A DNA stretch of 64,000 nt from Schmidtea polychroa (Eukaryota): contig CM097885.1 in NCBI GenBank assembly GCA_044892525.1, positions 43,340,001 to 43,404,000 on the forward strand, written 5' to 3'. Positions 53,584 through 64,000 of the stretch are shown here, piece after piece. Positions within the stretch are counted from its first letter, which is position 1. Every line of letters starts with the position of its first letter. The notes under the pieces were generated by a model that was not told the DNA's origin, did no database searches, and saw nothing but the letters and a program-made list of their open reading frames with translations. Position numbers and translations under genes: made by a program.

Positions 53584-54340
53584 AGTAGGTAGATGTGAGC
53601 CCGCTGGCACAAAGACCTATGACTCATCACTTTTCAGCGATGACTCATCGATTGATGACTCATCGTGTAGAGGGTGAGTCAGGGGTCACGTGGGTGTATC
53701 ACATGTGTGTGTATGTCTCATGGTCTTTCTTCTACAACGGTTCAAACCCATCTTGTCGGGTGAAAAGCATGAGTCATATATTTTTCAAAATTTTTCTAAG
53801 GTAGATGTGAGCCCGCTGGCACAAAGACCTATGACTCATCACTTTTCAGTGATGACTCATCGATTGATGACTCGTCGTGTAGAGGGTGAGTCAGGGGTCA
53901 CGTGGGTGTATCATATGTGTGTGTATGACTCATGGTCTTTGTTCTACAACCGTTCAAACCCACCATGTCGGGTGAAAAGCATGAGTCATATATATTTTTC
54001 AAAATTTTTCAGAGTCAAAACAAAGACATGTACCCCCCCCCTAGCAAAAATTTTTATGACTCATACTTTTTCAAAATTTTTCTAAGTCAAAACAAAGACA
54101 TGTAACCCTCCACATAGTAAAAATTTTTTATGACTCATACTTTTTCAAAATTTTTCTAAGTTAGAACAAAGACATGTACCCCCCCCTATCCCCCTTGCAA
54201 AAATTTTTTATGACTCATACTTTTTCAAAAATTTTCTAAGTCAAAACAAAGACATGTAACCCCCCCCTAGCAAAAATTTTTTATGACTCATACTTTTTCA
54301 AAATTTTTCTAAGTCAAAACAAAGACATGTAACTCCTAGC
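53584..54340. repeat. left Polinton TIR region: duplicated ~212-bp unit plus ~4-5 copies of a ~75-bp unit
   Basis: GGTAGATGTGAGCCCGC at 53588 and 53800; repeated CAAAACAAAGACATGTA...TATGACTCATAC units. Confidence 0.9.
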
Positions 54341-54956
54341 ATTAATTTTTATGAATCATTATTATTATTTCAAAATATTACTATAATAATTAATATTATT
54401 ATTATTGATATTAATACTATTTAAATTATTTTTATTATTAAACATCCTTAGTATTATTTTTTAAAATTATTGAATGACTTTAATATTGCATCTGAATTGC
54501 ATCTTTCTTTATTAAACTTGCAACTGTATTGCCACTGTCTTTCTTAATCATATATTTTTTTTTCTAACCTATTATCTTTCAATTTATTTAAATATTATTA
54601 TAATTATTATTATTATTTTTTTTTCTAAATCAATAACAAATAACTGATTAAAAATTTATTGATTAAAAAATCTATTAAAAACTAAGAGCAAGACTTGCAC
54701 GTTCTAATCTCCATATTGGAGAATAAATATTGTTTTGGTCCACTTTGAATTCTAAGTTAGAACAAAGACATGTATCCCCCCCTATTTTTAAATTTTTTAT
54801 TATATATATTTTTTACAAACAATTTTAGTTTCTAATTATTATTATTATTTCAAAATATTATTAATATTATTATTGATATTATTACTATTTAAATTATCAT
54901 TATTATTAAACATCCTTAGTATTATTAATATTATTTTTTAAAATTATTGAATGACT

Positions 54957-55157
54957 TTAATATTGCATCTGAATTGCATCTTTCTTTATTAAACTTGCAA
55001 CTGTATTGCAGCGGTCTTTGTTAATCATATATTTTCTATCCTTATTTGTGTTAGCAAGGGTCATTATATAATAACTTATACAAATTATTATTAAAACAAC
55101 CAATGAAAGCCATACACATAAATGGTATAAATAAAATGAAAAACAAAAAAAAATCAT
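54957..55157 (-). CDS. small putative membrane protein in the Polinton
   Basis: Hydrophobic stretch VWLSLVVLIIICISYYIM; 3' end duplicated at ~54475-54555. Confidence 0.35.
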   Translation of the reverse strand: MIFFCFSFYLYHLCVWLSLVVLIIICISYYIMTLANTNKDRKYMINKDRCNTVASLIKKDAIQMQY

Positions 55158-55170
55158 ATTTCATTTAAAA

Positions 55171-55687
55171 ATGAACGCGGAAATAATTGAAATTTTAAAC
55201 GGAGTGGTATCAAATGAAAGGGGAGGTGAATTAATCACAAATATTCAAATTCTTGTGGATGAAGCCATGAAAATTTACAGAAGGAATCCCGTCGATTTTT
55301 CGTGGATCCTCACAAGGAAAACCATAAATGCAAAGGAAAATGCATTTAAAAGCATATTTTATTCCTTATTTGAAAATATGAAGTGGTCACGGGTCATCGT
55401 GGCTTTCTTATACATGAAAATTATTTTACAAAGATCTGAAGAGAACTATGAAAGATACTTTCAATGGTCTGTACAGGTATGTGTATATATATATATATAT
55501 ATATTTTTAAAATAATATCTAGATAATTCAAAATTAAATTTCGCCATGGGTATCAGAAAATGGATCCTGGAATGTCATTAATGAAATTGTTGAAAAACGA
55601 AAATCTCAAGACAAGACAAAATTAATTTTAATAATGTTTGGAATTACTGTATGTTGTTTTTCTATAAAATATATTTTTAAAAAGTAA
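55171..55687 (+). pseudogene. Bcl-2-family protein (two exons 55171-55476 and 55523-55687; in-frame TAA at 55535-55537)
   Basis: BH1-like LFENMKWSRVIVAF, BH2-like ISPWVSENGSWNVI, C-terminal TM anchor LILIMFGITVCCFSIKYIFKK; 46-bp GT-AG phase-0 intron. Confidence 0.8.
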
Positions 55688-55724
55688 TACTTCTTTTATT
55701 CTTTAATATTGTAAAATAAAAAAA

Positions 55725-55975
55725 TTATTCTTTATTATTTATTACACTATAACATTCGCATTCCTCGTCACCACATTTATTATCTTTATTTGTTTCTTCA
55801 TCATCGTTCATATTTTTGTCATATTGTGCATCATCCGATATATGATTATATATATTTATTCCGGTCATTTCTAATATTTTTTCGGCTAAATACTTTATCA
55901 GATCATCTATAAAAATAATTTAAAAAAAAATAATAATATTAATAATAAAAAACCTTTTTCATTTAAAGTAGACAT
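55725..55975 (-). CDS. small spliced acidic/Cys protein (67 aa) in the Polinton
   Basis: Exons 55975-55954 and 55906-55725 splice in frame: MSTLNEKDDLIKYLAEKILEMTG...KCGDEECECYSVINNKE*. Confidence 0.5.
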
Positions 55976-56274
55976 TTTATGTATTTTATGTATTATGTGT
56001 CTTTGTTTATTTGCATGTTTATTGCACATGTCTTTATGTTATTCATGTAATGACATAGTCATCTCTTTGTTAAAAATACTCATCATTTCCTTGTTTAAAT
56101 TTAGTAGTCATGTCTTTCTAATTTACATGCTATTTATTTTTTCTAACCAATCACAATTCTGATTGGTCAATTTTATCATTTCACTAAATACTCAATTTCG
56201 ATTGGTCGGTGAGTAAATCTTTTTGTTTTGATATTATGTATAATCATTACTTTTAATTTCACTTTTAGAAAAAT

Positions 56275-56562
56275 ATGAACAAGCAAATATTCATGACTAA
56301 AGAAGAAGAATCGATTTCGCGAAAAAGTAAATTTATTATTTTTATTTTTAAACTTGAATTTATTATTATGTTTTAGGAAATGTTTGTCACTTTTTCATTG
56401 GGAATCCGAAAAAAGCTCGTTTAGGAAACATACAGCAAAGTAAAATTTATTTAATTTTTAAAACTTTATTAATATTTTCCTATTAGATGTTTTAGCTTCA
56501 ACTTCTATTCGATTCAATTTTTTGCCTGTGGATATTGATGAAGGTAAATTATTATTACTATT

Positions 56563-56611
<49 letters not shown>

Positions 56612-58620
56612 GAAAACAACCAAAATTTACCCAACAAATCTCGCAGGAATGACAAAAAAGAAAAATGTAAGGGTTTTCAAATTGAAATATGTGATTCGAA
56701 TAATTTATTTATTAATTATGATATATCTTTTTTCAAGTAATTTATATTTTAGTTTTTATAAAATAATAACTGTTTTCCAATTGAATTATGTGATTCGAAT
56801 AATTTATTTAATAATTATGATATATATATTTTAAAGTAATTTATATTTTAGTTTTTATTACGTTTTTATAAAATAATAACTGTTTTCCAATTGAATTATG
56901 TGATTCGAATAATTTATTTAATAATTATGATATATCTTTTTTCAAGTAATTTATATTTTAGTTTTTATAAAATAATAACTGTTTTCCAATTGAATTATGT
57001 GATTCGAATAATTTATTTAATAATTATGATATATATATTTTAAAGTAATTTATATTTTAGTTTTTATTACGTTTTTATAAAATAATAACTGTTTTCCAAT
57101 TGAAATATATGATTAGAATAATTTATTTAATAATTATGATATATATATTTTAAAGTAATTTATATTTTAGTTTTTATTACGTTTTTATAAAATAATAACT
57201 GTTTTCCAATTGAATTATGTGATTCGAATAATTTATTTAATAATTATGATATATATATTTTAAAGTAATTTATATTTTAGTTTTTATTACGTTTTTATAA
57301 AATAATAACTGTTTACCAATTGAAATATATGATTAGAATATTTTATTTAATAATTATGATATATATATTTTCAAGTAATTTATATTTTAGAATTTATTAT
57401 GTTTTTATAAAATAATAACTGTTTTCCAATTGAAATATATGATTAGAATAATTTATTTATTAATTATGATATATATATTTTAAAGTAATTTATATTTTAG
57501 TTTTTATTACGTTTTTATAAAATAATAACTGTTTTCCAATTGAATTATGTGATTCGAATAATTTATTTAATAATTATGATATATCTTTTTTCAAGTAATT
57601 TATATTTTAGTTTTTATAAAATAATAACTGTTTTCCAATTGAATTATGTGATTCGAATAATTTATTTAATAATTATGATATATCTTTTTTCAAGTAATTT
57701 ATATTTTAGTTTTTATAAAATAATAACTGTTTTCAAATTGAAATATGTGATTCGAATAATTTATTTAATAATTATGATACATATTTTAAAATAATTTATA
57801 TTTTAGTTTTTATTACGTTTTTATAAAATAATAACTGTTTTCCAATTGAATTATGTGATTCGAATAATTTATTTAATAATTATGATATATCTTTTTTCAA
57901 GTAATTTATATTTTAGTTTTTATTATGGTTTTATAAAATAATAACTGTTTTCCAATTGAAATATGTGATTCGAATAATTATGATATATCTTTTTTCAAGT
58001 AATTTATATTTTATTATGTTTTTATAAAATAAAATTATTTAAGTTGATAGCTATAATGAAATTTATTTTCAAAAATATTATTAAAATGTAAATTTTTCTA
58101 ACTGAAATATGTGATTCTGATATTTTATATAATAATTATGATATATATTTATATTTTTATATTTTATTTTTTTATATTTATATTTTATTACTTTTTATAA
58201 AATAAATAATTCAAAATAATTATCGATTTTTTAACTTATTTTATTTGGAAAAATTTACATTTTAATAATATTTTTGAAAATAAATTTCATAATAGTTATC
58301 AACTTAAATAATTTTATTTCATAATTTAAAAAAAATATAATTTATTAGTTGTCATTAAAGATATTGTTATAAATAAAGATGAAAAATATTTTTAAACCTT
58401 ATATTTTACATAGGTAAATTATACCCTGATTGTTGTCAAAGGACAGATCATGGGCCTGGTTGTCACGATACTATGGATAATTATTATAGTAAAACTTACT
58501 ATAATAAAAAATATTACATATGTCCCATATGCATGACTCTAAGCGTAAACGAATATATTGATTTCTATAATCAACATAAAAATCATTTATCCTATTTTAA
58601 AAGTAATATAAAAGAAATTT
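56275..58620 (+). pseudogene. spliced 5' exons of the Polinton pPolB-associated gene, truncated at the fold-back junction
   Basis: Exons 56275-56326, 56377-56439, 56487-56543, 56613-56666 and 58414-~58620 splice in frame into MDNYYSKTYYNKKYYICPIC, the N-terminus of ORF 59245-59964. Confidence 0.7.
56670..58030. repeat. AT-rich tandem array (~99/110-bp units, ~12 copies); inverted copy at ~60400-60952
   Basis: Repeated AATTGAATTATGTGATTCGAATAATTTATTTAATAATTATGATATAT...AAAATAATAACTGTTTTCC. Confidence 0.92.
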
Positions 58621-58624
58621 ATTA

Positions 58625-60023
58625 TCAACTTTTCACCTTCTTCCAACATTAGCAAATAGATCGGTGCTACGCCCTCTACTTTAGTCCGATGTATTATATC
58701 CAAATTCGGATGTTTAAAAACGGTTTCCTCATCATTTTCATCGATGTTCAAAACATTTGTGCAAGTGTAACTGAAAACATTGATTGCCAGTCCTGGATTA
58801 ATTCGCTCGAATTTCCTTATGTTAGATAACTGCATAGGAAAATCTTCCTCATCATACATCAATTGATCCATATAATCTGCATAATTCTCAACTCGTTGTT
58901 CGAATTACATCCAAATTTTTAATACAAAGTATGCTATAAAGAAAGCATAAATTATCCGTATTTTTAATATTAACTATAGCATGTTTATTAGCTAAAGTCG
59001 CTGGTGTCTTCAAGTAGCTATGTCCGCTTAGCCTACTTATTGGATGATATTTTGTGACAGTGAAAATTATTTCTAACACTTTGTTCACAGTCCAACTGCT
59101 TCCCTCAACAGTTCGAACATTTATTTTTTCGTATAATTTTTTAATACCTTGCTCAAGGAATGTTTCTGAATATTCTGTTGCTTTATTGGAAATCCACGCA
59201 GTTTTTGTGCCTCCATCTTTAATAAATTCCACATTAACCCCAAATTAGATTTTTGCGTGACCAAGTTCGTTTAAAGCATTTCTCAATGCAAGTAAAATAG
59301 GAACTGGTAATTCAATGGTATTCATATTATATCTTTCAATGTTTAATTTTATTACTCTATGCGATCGATTCAAATCATATTCGATCACTGGTAAATTTTC
59401 ACCATCTTCTCCAAGGCCTTCTCCACCATCTTCTGGCCCATCATCAGCACCATCTTCAGCTCCATCTTCTCCACGAACTTCCTCACGATCTTCTCCACGA
59501 TCTTCCTCACGATCTTCTCCACTATCTTCCTCGCGATCTTCCTCGTGATCTTCTCTACGGTCTTCGTCACGATCTTCTCCACCATCTTCAGCTCCATCTT
59601 CTCCACCATCTTCTGGCCTATCTTCTCTACGGTCTTCCTCGTGATCTTCAGCTCCATCTTCTTCTTCTTCTTGTACATTTTCATCGTCATCAGAAATTAT
59701 TATAACCTCAGTAATTACTATACGTTCTAGTGCAATAATTTCAGTTTCCTCAGAATTTGTTATAATTTTTTTATCGGTTTTAACTATTTCATTAAATGTT
59801 TTTATTAATGTTGAAAAAATTTCTTTTTTATTACTTTTAAAATAGGATAAATGATTTTTATGTTGATTATAGAAATCAATATATTCGTTTACGCTTAGAG
59901 TCATGCATATGGGACATATGTAATATTTTTTATTATAGTAAGTTTTACTATAATAATTATCCATAGTATCGTGACAACCAGGCCCATGATCTGTCCTTTG
60001 ACAACAATCAGGGTATAATTTAC
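58625..60023 (-). pseudogene. Polinton pPolB N-terminal region (in-frame stop 59245-59247, frameshift ~58900, truncated)
   Basis: EGSSWTV..., GHSYLKTPATLANKHAIVNIKNTDNLCFLYSIL, FPMQLSNIRKFERINPGLAINVF; acidic 12-bp EDxx repeat at 59400-59670. Confidence 0.85.
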
Positions 60024-60267
60024 CTATGTAAAATATAAGGTTTAAAAATATTTTTCATCTTTATTTATAACAATATCTTTAATGACAACTAATAAATTAT
60101 ATTTTTTTTAAATTATGAAATAAAATTATTTAAGTTGATAACTATTATGAAATTTATTTTCAAAAATATTATTAAAATGTAAATTTTTCCAAATAAAATA
60201 AGTTAAAAAATCGATAATTATTTTGAATTATTTATTTTATAAAAAGTAATAAAATATAAATTACTTG

Positions 60268-60379
<112 letters not shown>

Positions 60380-61282
60380 TTATATAAAATATCAGAATCA
60401 CATATTTCAATTGGAAAAATTTACATTTTAATAATATTTTTGAAAATAAATTTCATTATAGCTATCAACTTAAATAATTTTATTTTATAAAAACATAATA
60501 AAATATAAATTACTTGAAAAAAGATATATCATAATTATTAAATAAATTATTCGAATCACATAATTCAATTGGAAAACAGTTATTATTTTATAAAAACGTA
60601 ATAAAAACTAAAATATAAATTATTTTAAAATATATATCATAATTATTAAATAAATAATTCGAATCGCATATTTCAATTGGAAAACAGTTATTATTTTATA
60701 AAAACTAAAATATAAATTACTTGAAAAAAGATATATCATAATTATTAAATAAATTATTCGAATCACATAATTCAATTGGAAAACAGTTATTATTTTATAA
60801 AAACTAAAATATAAATTACTTGAAAAAAGATATATCATAATTATTAAATAAATTATTCGAATCACATAATTCAATTGGAAAACAGTTATTATTTTATAAA
60901 AACGTAATAAAAACTAAAATATAAATTACTTTAAAATATATATCATAATTATTACATGTCTTTGTTGTGACTTAGAAAATTTTTGAAAAAGTATGAGTCA
61001 TAAAAATTTTTGCTAGGGGGGGCGTACATGTCTTTGTTTTGACTCTGAAAAATTTTGAAAAATATATATGACTCATGCTTTTCACCCGACATGGTGGGTT
61101 TGAACGGTTGTAGAACAAAGACCATGAGTCATACACACACATATGATACACCCACGTGACCCCTGACTCACCCTCTACACGATGAGTCATCAATCGATGA
61201 GTCATCACTGAAAAGTGATGAGTCATAGGTCTTTATGCCAGCGGGCTCACATCTACCTACTCTCATAATATTTTTATTTTAT

Positions 61283-63163
61283 TTAGTGAGATGGTTGAGC
61301 TTGTTTATTCCTAACTAACATGGAAATATCTGGTGAAATTTTCGACAATTTGAGACGAAGATCAGATTCTATGCTAAGCAATGATCTGTATTTATTTATT
61401 ATCTCTGACATGGTTGAAAATCCAGTTTCACACAAATACGTAGTACTAAATGTCATTAAAAATTTAATAGCTTGACTTGACAATTCAGGATATTCTTTAC
61501 GAATGGAAAGCCAAAATGAGCACAAATTAGAGTTATTGAATTTAATTTTTAAATTGCCATCGCTAATTAGATCAATAAAAGATTCCTTATCATTAACATT
61601 ATCTGGGATATCAAATTGGAATGCGAAGGGATTTCGAATCCAATTTTGAGAAATAACGTTTTCCGGGAAATACTTTTCAAAGGATTGTAACATGGATATG
61701 ATATGTTGATTAATATCGGCCAATACTTTCTCAGAAACAGAAATTTTGTTTTCATCAACAAAGGCGCTTAAAGAAAAAAGCATTGAAATATCTCCTTTTT
61801 CAATCTGTTGCAATATTAATCTTAATTTTCTCTTAAATGCTAATATATTGTCGTTGAGATCAAACACCGAATTGTTTGCGCCTTGTAAGCTTAAATTTAA
61901 TTCATTCAGCCTAGCAAAAATATCTGATAAGTATGCAAGCCTAGACAACCAAATTTCATTTGTAAAATTAATATCGTTTCGCTCTTGGGAAGTTTTAAGA
62001 AAGATTTTTACCTCATTTCTCAATTCAAATAGTCGACTTAAAACTTTTCCTCTTGAAAGCCACCGGACTTCAGTATGCAGCAACAGTGTGGTATGGTCAC
62101 TTCCCATCTCACTGCATAGAATTGAAAATAATCGGGAATTAAGTGCTCGAGACTTTATGAAATTTATCGTTTTTACGGCTTCGTTTAGAACTGTTATCAA
62201 GGGATCGGGCATATTTTTTGCCGCCAAAGATTCACGATGAATTATACAATGCGTAGAAATACATAACGGAGCAACTTCTTTAATTCTTGTAACTACCCCA
62301 GATAAGCTTCCAATCATGGCTCGAGCACCATCTTTGCAAATCCCTACACATTTATTCCAGTCTATTTCATTTTCAGCAAAGTAACCAGTAAGTATGTTAA
62401 AAATTTCATTAGATGTTGTTCTCATTTTCAAAGGTTTACAAAAAAGCATTTCTTCGTGTATTTCGTTCATAAAATCAAATCGAACATAGACAAGTAATTG
62501 AGCCAAATTTGAAACGTCGGTACTTTCGTCAAGCTGCAAAGAAAAAAACCAACAGTCTTTTAATCTGCAGATTAAAATTTTTTCTATCTGATTTGCCATA
62601 TCGTCTATTCGTGACTTTACCGTGTTGTTCGACAATGAGATTTTTTCGATTTCCTTCGCTGAATTTTCGCCAAATACTGATCTTACGATATCTTTAGCAA
62701 CAGGCAACAATAAAGTTTCACCAATTGTATGTGCCTTTCCACATTTTGCTATATGTAAGCTCGCTAAATATGAAGCCCGAACATAATTTGTGTTTAAATT
62801 GCTGAAAGATGTCATAAAAGCTTTTTGAAGGCCCAGTTCCGCAACCCTCTTTTGAAAATATTCCGAAGGCCTATTTTTTAGTTCCGGATGCTTAGTTGAG
62901 AAATGCCTTTTTAAAAGTGATGGTTTCATGCATCCATTTGATAAAGTTTCGAAACAGATAACACACTGCGGAATCGGAAAAGACTCTGAGCCAGATTTAA
63001 TTGAAAATCCATAGCTTAAGTATTCTGGATTATAGAGCCTGGCTACTTTCTCTTTCTTTTTATGCTTTTTTTTCTGCACACAATTTGTCTTTTCAAAGAT
63101 TTCCTCTTCTTCGCTATATGAACTTAAATTTTCATTGTTATCGGCAAAATTTTTCATTATCAA
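61283..63163 (-). CDS. intact hAT Buster-family transposase (626 aa)
   Basis: BED finger PQCVIC...KPSLLKRHFSTKH, LQLDESTD, DGARAM, HCIIHRE, VRWLSRG, STTYLCETGFS. Confidence 0.95.
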   Translation of the reverse strand: MIMKNFADNNENLSSYSEEEEIFEKTNCVQKKKHKKKEKVARLYNPEYLSYGFSIKSGSESFPIPQCVICFETLSNGCMKPSLLKRHFSTKHPELKNRPSEYFQKRVAELGLQKAFMTSFSNLNTNYVRASYLASLHIAKCGKAHTIGETLLLPVAKDIVRSVFGENSAKEIEKISLSNNTVKSRIDDMANQIEKILICRLKDCWFFSLQLDESTDVSNLAQLLVYVRFDFMNEIHEEMLFCKPLKMRTTSNEIFNILTGYFAENEIDWNKCVGICKDGARAMIGSLSGVVTRIKEVAPLCISTHCIIHRESLAAKNMPDPLITVLNEAVKTINFIKSRALNSRLFSILCSEMGSDHTTLLLHTEVRWLSRGKVLSRLFELRNEVKIFLKTSQERNDINFTNEIWLSRLAYLSDIFARLNELNLSLQGANNSVFDLNDNILAFKRKLRLILQQIEKGDISMLFSLSAFVDENKISVSEKVLADINQHIISMLQSFEKYFPENVISQNWIRNPFAFQFDIPDNVNDKESFIDLISDGNLKIKFNNSNLCSFWLSIRKEYPELSSQAIKFLMTFSTTYLCETGFSTMSEIINKYRSLLSIESDLRLKLSKISPDISMLVRNKQAQPSH

Positions 63164-64000
63164 TGGGTAAAAAAATTTGGTAAGACCTTAACTTCGGGGG
63201 CTGGTTCGAATCCGGATAGAAATATTTTTTTCTTTTTGAAAAATCTAAAAAATAATAATTTACTTATGGACTATTTCTTAATAAGATGGATACAAATTTA
63301 TCACACCCCAGCTTGCTTTGTAAATTAAAATAAAAACTAAACCTAGCAGTATATTTCTGGATTTGTTCGAACGTGTTAGTACTAAAAATATTTTTCTTTT
63401 AACTACGCATATTTTTCTGAATATGTTGGGTATGTATCGTTCTATCAGAAGAATATACGAATTTATAGCTTGATTAATTTTTTTGTTATTTTAGCATAAA
63501 ATATAAGTTTTTTAAAAGTACAAAACTCTTGGCGTACCACCAAAATTATCAATTCGTACCACTAGTGGTACGCGTACCACAGGTTGGGAACCTATGTCCT
63601 AGATAGAATATAATTTTTGATTTTTTCTCTATTTATTTTAATTTAATTTTTATATTTAAGATAATTTTTCGTGTGGGCATTATTCTGTGTGGGCATTAAT
63701 CGTGTGGGCAAAACTATCTGTGGGCAATTTTCTGTGGGCAATTTTCGTGTGGGCATTTTTCATGTGGGCAATAATCATCGAATCGTATCACATTACACAC
63801 ACCTCTATAGGTAGATTAATTTGCTGTACCTCTCGCTCAGTGGGAATTGTCACTAAAATAACTACACTCTCGACCAATCATTTTAAGTTGCGAGACTCGC
63901 GGAGATGAATTTTTGATTGATGGGTAAATCTTAGTTGATATGTTCGGATGAGATGATTTGTAAATAGACTCATGTAATGAATTTCAGAAAAGATAAGGTG

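Noticed and set aside
53595..54085. MTH-repeat ORFs (also 60972-61226)
   Set aside because: They arise from ATGACTCAT motifs in the Polinton TIRs, not plausible proteins.
55535..55537. Alternative genetic code (TAA as sense) suggested by in-frame TAA in the Bcl-2-like and pPolB ORFs
   Set aside because: TAA terminates the ankyrin gene and the intact transposase normally, and pPolB also has a frameshift; simple decay is more parsimonious.
56535..57794. YVIRII-repeat ORFs (also 60620-60874)
   Set aside because: Translations of the intronic tandem array.

Overview
Very AT-rich eukaryotic DNA with ~45-55 bp spliceosomal introns and (TA)n/(AAT)n microsatellites. It looks like a planarian/flatworm-type genome, but that is an inference, not an identification. 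One clear host gene is present: a multi-exon ankyrin-repeat gene (+, 7608-33860) whose large introns are filled with transposons (Tc1/pogo, hAT, piggyBac MITEs, a Penelope-like remnant with a hammerhead-like motif, and a Mag-type Ty3/Gypsy element nested in a solo LTR). The right end holds a nest in which each element has its own target-site duplication: MULE/FLYWCH (9-bp TSD) > Buster-type hAT with an intact 626-aa transposase (8-bp TSD) > 7.7-kb fold-back defective Polinton/Maverick (AG...CT ends, 6-bp TSD). The Polinton carries an intron-containing Bcl-2-like gene, two small ORFs and a spliced pPolB 5' region, and has AP-1-motif-rich TIRs. Four multi-kb, strand-skewed LTR-like elements (about 2.5-6.0, 35.8-39.9, 40.8-42.2 and 48.3-51.4 kb) lack gag-pol. 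Two encode related spliced ORFs, and two share a ~130-nt RNA structure with compensatory base changes that I cannot assign to a known family. All calls were made by eye; no searches were run.
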